A DNA stretch of 64,000 nt. Source: Monocercomonoides exilis PA203 (lineage: Eukaryota > Protista > Preaxostyla). The notes beneath the pieces were generated by a model. The model searched no databases and was not told where the DNA came from. It saw only the letters and a list, made by a program, of their open reading frames with translations. This document shows positions 1-12,576 of the stretch, piece after piece. The translations under genes and the position numbers were made by a program. The first letter of the stretch is position 1; every line of letters begins with the position of its first letter. The stretch covers positions 248,001-312,000 of the forward strand of contig LSRY02000057.1 of the NCBI GenBank assembly GCA_001643675.2, given 5' to 3'.

Positions 1-875
1 GAAACAGCATTTTGCAGAAGTCATTTGGAAATTAGGATCATAATACAAATTCTTTTATTTTTTCATATTGGAATACAAATTTATCAAACAAGTTTATAAA
101 CTAATGTGAGCAGGATATCTGTCAGTTATTATTATTCAATAGCTCGTGCAAGTTTAGCCTCGTATGCAGTGACAAAATTTCAAAAGCTTGGCGGTGAAGA
201 AACAATTGTGGAGATTGACGAAGCCATATTAAGGAAAAGAAAATATCACAATGGAAAGAAAAAAGCACAAATTTGGATATTTGGCATGATTGAAAGGAAA
301 ATTGAAGGAAAGAAAGGAAAGTATTTACTGCTACGAGTGCCAAATAGAAAAAAAACACTTTTATTCCTATCATCCAGGCAAATGTGATTGAATGAACGAT
401 GATATACTCCGATGAATGGAAAGCATATCAGTGTCTGGAGACGTTGGGATATAAGCATTTAACTGTATGTCACAAATACAACTTTCGTGATCCTCTCACT
501 GGAACTTGCACAAATATGATAGAAGGAACTTGGAGTTTGCTAAGAAAAAGTTTCCCTCGAACAGGAGTCAAAGCAAGATTCATTGATGATTTTTTGATGA
601 GTTACATTGGAAAAAGAGATGAAAATTTGACTATAAATGAATTTCTAACTCGTGTCTTTCAATACAAACCAACAAATGACATTAACGTTGAAGAATCAGA
701 AAGTGAGACCGAGGAAGATGTCACAATGGAGATCGATGATGATGAAAAAAGTGATCATAAAGAAACAAGTGATGATGATGTTCCAGTCATTGAATTTGAA
801 GATAACATGGATGATGATATCGATCCTTTTGGAGCTGGAGATGGAGGTGATGCATCATCGTTTGAGGATGATTAA
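1..875 (+). pseudogene. Merlin/IS1595-family (ISXO2-like) DDE transposase, disrupted, 5' end outside window
   Basis: Fragments VEIDEAILRKRKYHNGKK..WIFGMIER..VPNRK and IYSDEWKAY..L...GYKHLTVCH..NFRDPLTGTCTNMIEGTWSLLR carry the D-D-E pattern of Merlin/IS1595 transposases. There is a frameshift near 350-360, an in-frame TGA at 393 and an acidic C-terminal tail. Confidence 0.9.
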
Positions 876-2554
876 CAATTTTGATAATATCTTTTTCAAA
901 AGCAACTTTCTATATAAAATAGTTATTTCAAAATCAATTTTTTTTTCATTCAATTTGAAAATAGGTACTATTTTTTTTTATTTCTTATTAAAACATAATT
1001 ATAAAATTATAATGGGAATATAAAGTAAAATAATGTTCTTCTTGAAAACAAAAGATTTCTCAATATTTCGGGGTTGAATTCTTTTTATTTATCACATTAT
1101 TAACAACTATGCAAAAAAAATCTTAATAAAAACAAAATTTGAGCGACTTCGATAAGTTATCAATAGCCAAGAATTGTTGTATTTCGATTATTAAATTATT
1201 TTTTATTGTAATTAAGAATCGTGAAATCGTTAAAAATAACCCTTTATAACAAATCATAAATATCGTGTCAGTCATTTTGTTATTGTTTCAATTTTCTTTT
1301 ATCATGTCACAGATGTCTATAGAAATACAAAAATTATGGTTCCAAAAAAATACACACTTTATTTGAAGAGTCTGTAATTGTTATGTGAAAGTTTAACATC
1401 AATAATTTTTGAAAATAACAGTACACCAAAAATTATCCAAAATCGGAAAACTTTCAAACAGAATCGAAGAACTATTAAGCAAAGTCGAAAGGGAGATAAA
1501 CTTCATTTTTATTTTTAAAGTTGACAAAAATCAATAAAAGTAAAATATAAATTTTGTTGCGGATATATAATGATATGTGTTATTCCAATATATTTCATCT
1601 TTTTTTCGATATTTCTTGAATTTAATTTTAAACAATTGCGAAATAGGAATGAAAAACAAATTTTGAAGAATTAACATCTCATCTCAATTGAAGAACATTA
1701 ATTCTCAAAAAATTTTAAAAAAAATTTGAAGTTTTTTCTAATTTTTCGAAGAATGAATAATGCATTATTGACTTTCTTCTTTTAAACATCAAAGATGCAA
1801 AATCCTTATTTCTATTTAAATAATATCAAATTTTTCTTTTTTTTTTTCTTTTTCTTTTCCTTTCTTTTTGAGTGTATTATTGAGTTTATTTTGGTTTGTA
1901 ATTTTTAACATTTGAAGAAAACAACTGCACGAACATATCAAAAAATGTTTGCAATGATAATGGGAATATATTTATCTTTCCCAACATTTTCTTAATTGAA
2001 CATTTACTTTTTCAATAGAAATTTTTCGACTTCGATTGAATCTTTTCAACTTAGAATTATTTTTTGGTGTTCATCTTTTATTTTATCAAGAATTATCAAT
2101 CCAAATGATTGAAAGTTTATAATAATCCACATTTCTTTAAATATTCTGATTTTTTAAAAATATCACATGTGTATTTTTAAATAAAAAGCAAATAAAACTG
2201 TTTGTTTGAACAAATAGTGAAATATGATGAGAATGTTTCAATTTTCATCAAGAATTCAAAGAGAAACATCTGAATTCCATTTTCGACATTTGTGAGTTTT
2301 CGAAAAAAAATATGTGTGGACAAATAATTATTGTTGAATGTGTATTGAAAAATGAATCACAATATGAAAAATGAGAAAAGAAAAAGACAAAATAATTGAT
2401 TTATGTGTATCAAAGTATGAAAATTTGGTTTTCTCATTTCACAAAAATGAGTCATTCAAGTGTTCTTCAAAGACTTTTTCAAAAAAAGAAAGAAAGAAAG
2501 AAAAAGAAAGAAAGAAATATTCAGTTAAAAAACAATCAAATTACTGAAGTATGT

Positions 2555-2763
2555 GGCTGATCCTTTTTGAAATCACACATTCTTTCGAGTTTTGATCAAA
2601 ATATTAATCTTAATAGGATTTTGAAAAAATGAACGATATTGGAATAGACATGCATCATATGAAGATATTTGTGAGGAGATATATTTTTTTTTCGAATATC
2701 CTGTTTAAATTAATATTTTGATCAAAACTCGAACGAAAGCATGATTTCAAAAAGGATTCAGCC
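2555..2763. mobile_element. MITE family A (GGCTGATCCTTTTTGAAA termini), 4-bp TSD ATGT
   Basis: Imperfect ~70-bp TIR: ggctgatcctttttgaaatca...tcgagttttgatcaaaatattaat versus attaatattttgatcaaaactcga...tgatttcaaaaaggattcagcc. ATGT flanks both sides (2551-2554, 2764-2767). Confidence 0.8.
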
Positions 2764-3230
2764 ATGTTCTGTTTTGTTTGAAATATGAATTTTTGAAAAA
2801 AAAATTTTCAATCAAATGAAAAGTGAATCATATTTATTATATTTTTAAAAAGAAAATTCTGAGAATTAACAATATTTTTATTCACTAAAAATTGAAATCT
2901 TTTAAGGAAGTTTCTTTCTCAAAAAATAAAAAATAAAATTCACAAAAAAATAAATGCTTTGCTTTTAAAAGACAAGCGTTTCAAAATCATATTTTTCAAA
3001 AAAAAACATGGTCTTATTGTTTTTCAAATGCGTAAATGGAAAATAAAAAAACAATGTGTTGAAACAACATTATTATTTTGAAATGAGAATTGATAGATTA
3101 TTTGGCATTATTTTTTATGCTTTTATTGAATAAAATAAAACCAGATAAAATGTGAAAGTTATAAAAAAACGCTTTTAACATATTCCTAAAAATCTTCATT
3201 GTCCCAAGCATAAACATAAAAGTTGTTTCA

Positions 3231-4893
3231 ATGAAACGCATCACATTCCTAACTTCTTTTCATTTATTCGACTTCTTTCCCTATCCATTCAACCCTTCCA
3301 TCCCTTCCTTCTCACTCACTCAACCCATTCACTTCAACCACCTCTTCCTCTTCTTCCTCTTCCACCAACACCAACATCAATTCAACCCCCTCCTTCTCCC
3401 TTCACTCATCCCTCTCCATCCACTCATCCCTCTCCATCCACTCATCCCTCTCCATCCACTCATCCATCTTCAAACACACACACAACCCCATTGATGGCGC
3501 CATCCTCCGTGACCTCAACAGCCCTTCTGCTTCTCTCTCTGCCTTCAACTCCTCTTTCCTGCACCAAACACGCCCTTCACCAAATGCTGCTGTGGTTCAT
3601 GATGGAACTGAAACACAAAGAGCGAAACCTGGAAGATTGGACTCATTCGATCAAAACAGCCATCGCTTCGAATGGTGCTAATGGAACGATTCAAACAGCG
3701 GAGACAATTGGGGTGGAGCACTTTATGTTGTTTGTGTAAATGCAAATCTCGGAATCACTTCTTGTTCATTCAACAAATGCTCAACTTACGGGGAAGGAGC
3801 AGCGTTGTTTTGAAATGCTTTGTTGAAAATTGACATTATAAAATCTAATTTCACAAGTTGCTCAGCTGCTAATGGTGGAGCTGCGAGATTAGATAATCCG
3901 CAATCATTTTCTGTTTGGACATTTTCAGAAAACAAAGTTGAATGTTGCTCAATATCTGGTTGGTGCGGAACTGGTTGGTATTTTTTTATTGGTGACTTTT
4001 CTTCAAACGGTCAATTCCTGTTCACCAAATGCAAGTGCATTTCAAACACTGGTGGTGATTCAGCTGGTTCTCTCACATTTTCTTATCCTCCACAAAACAA
4101 ACCAAATCAATTTTTAGTCAATGATTGTCAGTTTATAAACAACAAATTGACAAGTTCATCAACTTCCTATGGTGTCGCTGCGCTGTGTTGCACAGCAACT
4201 TATTCCTGGTTGAGCGGAAATAAATGGGTGATCATTTTCGAAATCATAACTTTTTTCGGAGTGTTGAATTCATTGATTTCTTTTGAACATGGCAAGAAAA
4301 TTATATTTTGCACACTTTTAGAATTGCAATTGTGACAAAATCAAACGTTTGCAATGCATTCATGTGAATTTTTTTGTAAATGGTGCGATAATTATTTTTT
4401 GTTCACTGACAAAAATGCTAAACAAATTTTCATAAAGAATATTTTGGCATTATAAATATGATATCAAAAATAATTACCCAAATTCATCACATTCTGCTTC
4501 TTCGATGGCAACACCGCAACTAATGGCAGAGGGAATGATGCGTTCTTCAGTGGCAATGCAATCACTCAATCTCAGTTTGAGAATTGTGGTTCAACAACCC
4601 CAACACAAAGAGTCTGGAATGCAGGAACAGCTGACAATGCAGTGTATAATGGCTGGCTCCCTCTCATCGCCCAGAATAAAATCGTTGCCAGCAATGGAAC
4701 TGATGCTGATGCCTGTGGCAGACCCCAACAGACCCCATGCGCCACCATCGGGTATGCCATCACTGGCTTCATTTCAATCCTCCAAGACTCCTCTCTCATC
4801 CTCCTTTCCTCAATATTTGTTCCAACTCAAACACTCACCTTCAGCGCGGTTGACACTAAAATCACTGGAAATGAATTACTTTATCTTATTTAA
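3231..4893 (+). pseudogene. Fragmented Cys/Gly-rich surface-protein family gene (GGA-repeat, right-handed beta-helix-like)
   Basis: Fragments with SNFTSCSAANGGA, NDCQFINN and KIVASNGTDADACG..PCATIGYAI, in the same style as the 28-35 kb and 62-64 kb genes. Broken by stops and frameshifts. Confidence 0.6.
3403..3465. repeat. 18-bp tandem repeat CACTCATCCCTCTCCATC x3.5
   Basis: Exact copies at 3403, 3421 and 3439, with a partial copy at 3457. Confidence 0.9.
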
Positions 4894-7800
4894 ATATGAT
4901 TTTTTGACCATTTTCCATATCATATAAATATCCAATACCTATCATCTTTTTTTCATCAGATGTTTATTTTTTTCAATCAATCTTTAATCTCCGCTCAGAT
5001 AAAAATATTTCTTCTTCATTTCTTCATCAAATTTCTCCTTTTCATCAAATACAAATTCCGCTTGTTGCTTTTAGGAATCATCTGTTTCTTCTCTTCAAAA
5101 ATGATTTCTTCAAGCACATTCGAAGGTTTTCCACAATTTATAATTTCCTCACCTTTCTGATTCAGATGTCAACCTGATATTCGTTCCACGTTTTTATTAG
5201 ATTTGTCCTTCAATTATTTGTTTTCATATAAATTATGTTCTCCTCATTTAATCATCCTCTCATTCCATTGAAGGCGCATGACGTTGTGAAATTTGTCGAA
5301 GGTCATCCTCATAATCATTCATCCCAAACATCCTATCCTGTCCTGTTCTTTATGTTTTCTGTGCCTCTTTCAACTTCCAAACCAAAAAGTCAGAGGCAAT
5401 CTCCTTCTTTTAATGAATGTCTTCTGATCTGCTATTCTGGATCAAAATGTCCCATTTCATTGCCGTGTTAGGTCCGGTTGAAATTCTGTGAAAGTGTGAA
5501 TATTTCTTTTGCGCTTCCTATTTCAGCAGATTTAAATGCTTCTCGATGAATTTAATGGAAGTTGAATGAAATGGAAATAGGAATTTTTTAAATTCGTTCA
5601 TCGAAGAAGGCGTTGAAAAAGAACATGATGAACACAAATTTAGAAATGAAGGTAGATGCTGTGTGAATGTTCGAATTATTGAGGAAGAAGGAGACGAAAG
5701 AGAAGAAGAAGAAGCAATATTTGACTGAAGAAGATTTAGTGTGTTTTTGGCTCTGCGGTTCATGACAGGGGTGCTTGTCGCTGAATAAGCAAATGAATTG
5801 TGAGAAGGCGGATTTTGTGTTTGTCAATCGAAAAATGAGGAAGATGATTGATTGAATGAAGGAGGATTATCTGAAGAAGAAGAAGATGAAAAAGAAGGAA
5901 ATAATGTGGAAGAAGAAGAAATTATTGAGAAGTGTGCAATCAGTCAACTAACATTCCTGAAATAGATGATGAGAACGCTTTGCGTGAAGTCGTTGATTGG
6001 CCAAAATGTCTCGCTTGCTGTATAAACTTCTGATTGGTTAGAAAAACTCGATCACTAAATTATTGACGAACAGATTGTGAAAATCAATCTTGCTGTATTT
6101 CTTCAAAGTCAATTCACTTTCTTTTCGAATTTTCCTTTCCTTTCCCCTCAAAAATATAAAATGAAGATATCTTTCAATTTCCATTCCTTTCCATTTTTCC
6201 TCTTCCGTTCAGCTCACAAACTTCTCAGAAAATTTCAATCCTCTCATTTTCTTCATCTTTCCAGTTGTCTTCCAAATAATCTTCTTCTCTCAAAGAATAC
6301 CCCTCTTCCAATCGAACACTTCATAATATTCATTTTCTTTCCCGCTTTTACACTCTTTTATTTCTTTTCAAAATCCATTTCTCCAATCAACAATAATCAC
6401 CTTCTTCATCATCACCAGTCACTTCTCTGCATATTAACTTCATTATCTTCTCAAAATCTCCACTTGCTCTTCCCCACCCCTTTGCCTCAGAATTTCTTCC
6501 TTTCAAAAACCCCTCTTGAAATATTAACATTCCAAAAAACTCTCAACTCCCACCCCCTGCCACAAAAATTAAACTCCATCTCTTTTCTGCCTCATATCTC
6601 TCCCGTGCGATGTGTTGATGAGATAGACATCAAATACTTCTTTGGATGGTTGAGAATATTATTAAAAAAGATGATCATGACAAAAACAGAAAAAACACCT
6701 CTGGACAACCACCACAATGTGTACGGGCTGAGAAGACCCTTCAGTGAAATGTTCAATGCTTTTTGTGGATATGCATTCCATGCTGCAATTCAGCCATTCT
6801 GAGACTGAAATAAAGAGATTGAATTTTTGAATGATGATGGCTGTGGAAATGAGTGTGTTTGGCAAAAAACAGTCTAAGCGCAGTTTGTTCTTTATTTATT
6901 TTATTTATATGAATGTTTATCTGTTGAATGTTTTTTGTGTTTCTTTCATGGCAGGAAATGGAAATGAATGAAAATGAATGAAAGCGGGATATCTCGTTGT
7001 GCAGGGTGACTATCGCGCTGAGCCAGCAAATTCGTATGGAAAGTGCCCAGGGTGAAGGGATTGGGAAGGGTATTGGAGATGATATTTTCTGACGAAAAAA
7101 TAATGATATTTTTCAATGAGAAAGATGAATTTAAGCAGAAAACATAAATTTCACATTTTTCAGAAAAACAAGAAATAGATGCATTTGATTGAGAAACAAC
7201 TGCTGGAAAGGAAGATTGGAGAATAAGATGATGAAAAACTTGAAAAAGGAAGGAATAATGAAATTGAATTGAAGAAAGCAGTTGCCAACGGAATAAAATA
7301 TAGACATTGGCTTAAAAATAGGTTCTGAAGGTTTGTTGTCGTAATATTTTTGAAGTGATTATTATTTTGTTTTAAGAATGCTGAAAGAGCTCGGGATTTC
7401 CTGGCTTTGAAGAAGAAGAAGAAGAAAAGCAGGGAAGGAAAAAAAAAGAGAGAGATGAAATGCGAGATATTTCGAAGATGCCTGGCATTGGGCTTTGGAG
7501 AAGAATTATTTTTGAGGAAAGATGATTTTTTTGTGAAATAAGGGAAAAAGAAGAAGAGATGAAATGAAAAAGAGATTGACGCGTGCTTTGTATTTTTCTT
7601 TGGAGAGAGAGAAAGAATCAAATTGAAATTGTTATGAATTCAAAGGATATTATTTGCCAGAAGAAGACAAAATCCTGAAGAAGAAAATTCGATTGAATTC
7701 AGCTGTTGATATTTATTGGCTCCCATCTTCTCAATTTTCAACAATTAATCGTCTCATCCAATTCATTCATCATCATCTTCTTCTTTAAATATATCATCGA

Positions 7801-9332
7801 CATTTCACACAGCTTCTTCTTCATTATCATCATTCACTTCATCTAATTGGATTTCTTCATTATCTGTTTCATCATCAGAGATTAAGAGAGAAATGAAGAA
7901 AAAGAAATTACGCGTCCGAAGGAAAGAATTAGAAAAAAGAATTAAAAGGCGAAAGAGAAAGAGAAAGAGAATGAAGACAGTTTAGAGAGAAAAGAGAGCA
8001 CCATGAATGGAAATAGGATTGAGAGAATTGAAGAGATTTTTTAGAATGAAAGGATGATGATGAATGAATTTTAAATTTGAGTTGGAAGTTGATTTGAGAA
8101 GAGAAGGAAAGAGAAAGTGCACAAAAGAGATTATTTGTATGAGAAAAGAACGATATTTGAAAAGAGAGACAACGAAAAAAAAAGACAAAAATCCATAATG
8201 AATCGAATGAAAACGAAAACGATTAGAGAATGAATTGGTTGATAAAAGAAAACGCGCGCACCCACATTAAAAAAGAATTGAAAAGAGAAGGAAGAGCGAA
8301 GGGTATATCATTGGTTGAATGAAAAGAGAAGTGATGAGGATGAGCTAACCTTTGGCAGTTAGGTTGTCCGCTATTCCACAATCCCATGCTCTTATTTTGA
8401 AAGTTGATAATTCACATTAATGGAATGAGGATTTGGAAAAGCTGTTTGAAACAATAAAAGAGGAAATAAATGATGTATTTGATGAACTGAAAATGCAAAA
8501 GATAGATTCCACTTGTTGATTGATGCATATGTTTGTTGAATCTGCGAAAAAACGAAAGTTAAAAGAGATGGGGGAAAATACGGGCTTTCAAGCTTCTTTT
8601 GCACAAAGTGCAAAAAAATTGCTTCATTCTTAACTTTGTTTCGCTTTCTTAGATTTCAAAACAAATTTGATTTTCAGATCCGTGAACAGGCATTGTTGAA
8701 ATCAAAACAAAATGTTTTGCGACATTTCACGTATGTCAAAAAATGGACAAATTTTTTTTGTGTTTTTTGATCTTAAAAAGTTCATCGAAGGTGCGTAATT
8801 TTACAGTGAAAGTGCCCGAAGTGAAATATTTTGCAACATATCTTCAACAAAGTTGTTTCTTAGCTAAAACGTTTCACATGTTCCAGAACCTTCAAATATC
8901 CAACATACTTTAGTAACAGAATGGAATTTTCCAATGGAAATTTATTTTCTTCATCATTTGGTAAAATTTCTCGCACAGTTCGGCTGAAAAACAGAGTTGA
9001 ATTCTTCCTTTCTCATTACATCTATCATTTAATTCAATTCTTTGTATTTTTGTTTCTGTTCTTCCTTATTGGAATGTTCCATCTCATTTAATAATAGGGT
9101 TATCTTTTTATTGGCACCTTTTTCTTTATTGGAACTTTTTTTTTTAAAAAAAAACATTAATCTGACCCACAAATGATATTTTAAAATATATTTTTTGCAT
9201 ATATGCAAATGTCAAGTATTCTAATATTTGAATTTTGAAAGAAATCTAATTTCTCATGGTGTGGAAATTGGGGGGTTCAAGTCCTTCCATTGAGCTTTCA
9301 TGAGAAATTGGACTGCATAAAGGTTTGTATAT

Positions 9333-9572
9333 GGGTGATTCTTTTTGAAAAGTCACAAATGTTTAATTATCAAATAAATCAAAAATTTCATATTTTGCTC
9401 AAATTTTATTTTTCTTAAACAAAACTTCACTAATTAGAAAGCTATTTTTAGAAAATGTTATTTCAAACATTCTTGAGGAGATTTGTGAGCTGAAACAGAA
9501 ATTTGAGCAAAATATGAAATTTTTGATATATTTGAAAATTAAACATTTGTGACTTTTCAAAAAGAATCACCC
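9333..9572. mobile_element. MITE (GGGTGATTCTTTTTGAAAAGTCAC termini), 4-bp TSD ATAT
   Basis: ~75-bp near-perfect TIR (gggtgattctttttgaaaagtcacaaatgtttaatt / aattaaacatttgtgacttttcaaaaagaatcaccc). ATAT on both flanks. Confidence 0.85.
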
Positions 9573-9676
9573 ATATATTTCTAATTCATTCAAAAATTAA
9601 AATATTAATTCAAAATTCTTAAATGAGAATTAATAAATTTAAAAATATATTAATGATCATTACCCATAATATATAA

Positions 9677-11146
9677 ATGAAATTACTAGTGAAAAAGAAA
9701 GCTGAAGCGGTGCAGAAGAGGCTGAAGGAAGCAATGTCCACATTACGATACAGAAAATATGAGACAAGATTGGAAAGGATTGCACTCATTGTGATTGATA
9801 ATGTTGTCAGGCTGGTCGACGGGGTTAAATACGGTGGAATAAGCAAAAAATCTTTGGAGCGCGCTGTTAAAGCTATAAAAAACGACAGGCCGATTGCAAA
9901 AGTTGGGCACCCACATATTATTAGCTGTGAAAAAGAAAAGCAATTTTTGAAGAAGTTGCAATTGAATCCCGATCTGGGACAAGCCTCTCGTTACGAAAAG
10001 CGCCCGATCTGGTTTGCAATCGATATTTGAATTGTATATTAATTGGTATTTAGATGGAAAAAATAATTGACGATAGTGAAGAAGAAGGAGAAAAAGAAGA
10101 GAAGATAAAAGAGAAAGTCACTCTGAAGACGGTTTACGCCTTCATAAAGCGCCATCCGGAATTGAAGTCCTCGCTGCCAAAGCAAGTTGACATTAACAGA
10201 CTTGCAGCATCTTGCCAGAAAGTCCTAAAGCCGTGGTTCACCAAATAACAAGCATTACACGATGCAAACAAATATCCAGAGGAATTAATCTATAACATCG
10301 ATAATTCTTCGCTTCGAATTCCAATAAAATCTCGTTGTGTTGTAGTTCATCCCGTAGATGAACAAGCTGGATTCAAAAAGACTGCCGAAAGGATGCCGAA
10401 TGCCACTCTCGTTGCAAGAGAAGCTGCTGATGGATTCTCGCTTCCGTCTCACGCGCTGTGGCCGAGCGCAACTCTTCCGAAAGAACTGACAACGCTGTTA
10501 ACATTGTCGCTTGACATTTGGCCAAACACAAACGGCTGGATGGACAAAACATCATTCAAAAAATACACCTTAACAGTTCTGCTGCCAGCTATCGTTGACA
10601 GAAGAAAACATATCTTGAAGGAATCTCATCATTGCCTTCTTCTCCTGGACTCGCACTCATCACGGGCAGATCCAACTGTATGGAGACAGTTCAAAGAAGC
10701 CGAAATAGACGTCGTCACCTTCGTTCCACATACAACACATATATCGCAACCGCTGGACAGAGGAGTATTTGCAGTGTTGAAGCAGCAGCTTTCAAACAAT
10801 TACATCTCTCCATCATCCACCTCCTCATCTCAAAAAAAGAACAGCAGTAGCAGATGTGTCACAGAAAGCCATCCGCTCTGCTTTCACTCCATCAGTCATC
10901 AAAAAAACATTCGTCAAAAAAGGATTCCTCAGCAAATGTTCAAAATATGTGCTTATGAAGCTTCTTCAGTCTTCTCTATACAACATTCCATCTCATTCAC
11001 ATTGTTTCGACTTCTTCGGAAAAGAAATTACAAAAGAAAATGTTCTTGATGAATGGAATAAATATATTGAAAAACACAAGATGAAAATTAAAGAAATTGA
11101 AAAAAAGGAAAAGGAAAATGAAAAAGAAGAATTGTCTTTGGAGTAA
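9677..11146 (+). pseudogene. pogo-type DDE_1 transposase, frameshifted, probable intron ~10011-10053
   Basis: GHP..E HTH region, FIKRHPELK, IYNIDNSS, NGWMDK, LLLLDSHSSR and VPHTTHISQPLDRGVFAVLK (DDE_1 motifs). Several stops and frameshifts. Confidence 0.85.
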
Positions 11147-11302
11147 AAAGTGAAAAGGATATTCAGAAAAAATAAAAAATGATGATGATGAAACAAGTGA
11201 TGAATTTGCCCTTTTTGAACGTGAAAATGGAAAAAGAAAAGTTAGAAGAGTAAATGATTCGAGTTTTGTATTTTTTTGATGAATTTTTGACTGTTTTTTT
11301 TA

Positions 11303-11551
11303 GAGATATGGTATATCAGCTATAGATCCATCTCAATTAGGTCAATCAATATTATCGATTTATGAATATCTGGTAGTAGTTATCATTTTGAATAATAAGT
11401 TGGAATAGGCAATGATATTAAGATAGAGATCGATGATTATTGCTGATACGCTTAGGGGTTTATCATGATTAGATATTCAGTGATGTTCTATAAAGAAGGA
11501 GTCATTGATTGGTGTAATCGATATGTATCTATAGCTGATATACCATATCTC
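11303..11551. repeat. Terminal fold-back module: 25-bp perfect inverted repeat enclosing 199 bp (mirror copy at 16249-16497)
   Basis: gagatatggtatatcagctatagat (11303-11327) versus atctatagctgatataccatatctc (11527-11551). Confidence 0.9.
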
Positions 11552-11823
11552 CAGGGAGGAGAATTAGCTAAAACATTAATTGAAAGTGTTCAAGTTGGTA
11601 AATTAATGGTGAAATTGTGTGAAAATTGGTGTTTTCGTTGATGAAATACATGTGTTGAACATGTGTTGAATGTGTTGATGTTACCGTTGGTGAAATACAT
11701 GAGTTATATGTTGAACGTGTTATGTGTCGAAGGTGTTTGTTGAACGTTGATGAAATCGTTGATGTGATCGTTGATGAAAATCGCAAATAAAAATAATTGA
11801 TTTTGTTTTTTGTTTTATAGTAA

Positions 11824-12036
11824 ATTGGTCGGAAGAAGATTTACGCAACTGTGAAAGAAGCTAAAGCGGCTCAACAGAAACAAATTAAACAGTTTCAGGA
11901 AAAACGTAAGGAAGAAACTAAGTATTACAACGAACATGTATCTGAAAAACAGAAGAAGTTGATAAAGATATTGAGGAGAAAGCTTATCGAAAGTGATGAG
12001 TTGTTAGATGAATTGATGGAAAAAGTTAATGATTAA
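11824..12036 (+). CDS. Small basic coiled-coil protein within the left TIR (start uncertain)
   Basis: Open frame IGRKKIYATVKEAKAAQQKQIKQFQEKRKEETKYYNEH...MEKVND with protein-like composition. No in-frame ATG near the 5' end. Confidence 0.4.
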   Translation: MGRKKIYATVKEAKAAQQKQIKQFQEKRKEETKYYNEHVSEKQKKLIKILRRKLIESDELLDELMEKVND

Positions 12037-12501
12037 GGTGAATGTGTTTATTTTTGGTTGATTTGGCAGTTAATGTGCAAATTGATGAAATATAACTGGT
12101 GAAACACGTTATTAGTATTGTCAATTGTTTCAAACAGTGTCCACGATGGTGTTGTGGTTGATTGCCAACATCTATATTTTTTTTTAAACAAATGGCATTA
12201 TGACGGACTGCCACATTGATGTTTTTCACTTGATTTGGTGTTTATTTTGGTGTATTTAGCTTGAAAAAGTGTCAATCGGTAAACCGGACACCAAATTGTG
12301 GCAACATCGAGACGCTGGGGGAAGGGAAAAATTGGCCAAAATCTCCGTGCTGGAAGCGTAGTCCGGTAGTCCGGTAGTCCGGGTCTTATAATTTCATCTG
12401 AAAATAGCTGCCAACATGAGCATTTTCCCCCTAATTTGGTATGATTTTGAGGGTTTTTATTTAATTCCGATTGTTTCATCATTTTGCCACATTGCCACAT
12501 G

Positions 12502-12576
12502 ATATCGTCAGTTGCACACATTATTTATATCGTTGGTGGTACACATCAGTTATATCGCCAGTGGTACATATCAGTC
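12502..12576. repeat. Three 25-bp degenerate direct repeats (ATATCGyyrGTkGyACAyAT...) at the inner edge of the left TIR
   Basis: atatcgtcagttgcacacattattt / atatcgttggtggtacacatcagtt / atatcgccagtggtacatatcagtc. Confidence 0.75.

Larger units (their letters stand above)
11302..12499 (+). repeat. Left terminal inverted repeat (~1,198 bp; imperfect extension to 12520)
   Basis: Reverse complement of 15301-16498. No mismatch seen in the parts compared by eye, and the mirrored ORF translations are identical. Confidence 0.95.

Noticed and set aside
1560-1680. Possible reversed, degenerate MITE family A fragment
   Set aside because: Similarity is limited to ~50 AT-rich bases, and the termini and TSD are not recognisable.
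6980-7080. GC-richer island with GGAAAGTGCCC resembling an RNase P/MRP CR-I motif
   Set aside because: No matching CR-V/P4 partner or convincing fold found by eye. An Infernal/Rfam search would be needed.
6077-7621. 241-aa and 153-aa Phe/Leu/Ser-rich ORFs
   Set aside because: Produced by pyrimidine/purine strand skew. No motifs and non-ATG starts.
11568-12521. Other mirrored TIR ORFs (72, 67 and 107 aa)
   Set aside because: Their duplication simply follows from the TIR. They use non-ATG starts, translate repeat arrays and show no protein motifs.
12502-12576. CRISPR-like array
   Set aside because: Contiguous degenerate tandem units without spacers, no cas genes, and a eukaryotic context.
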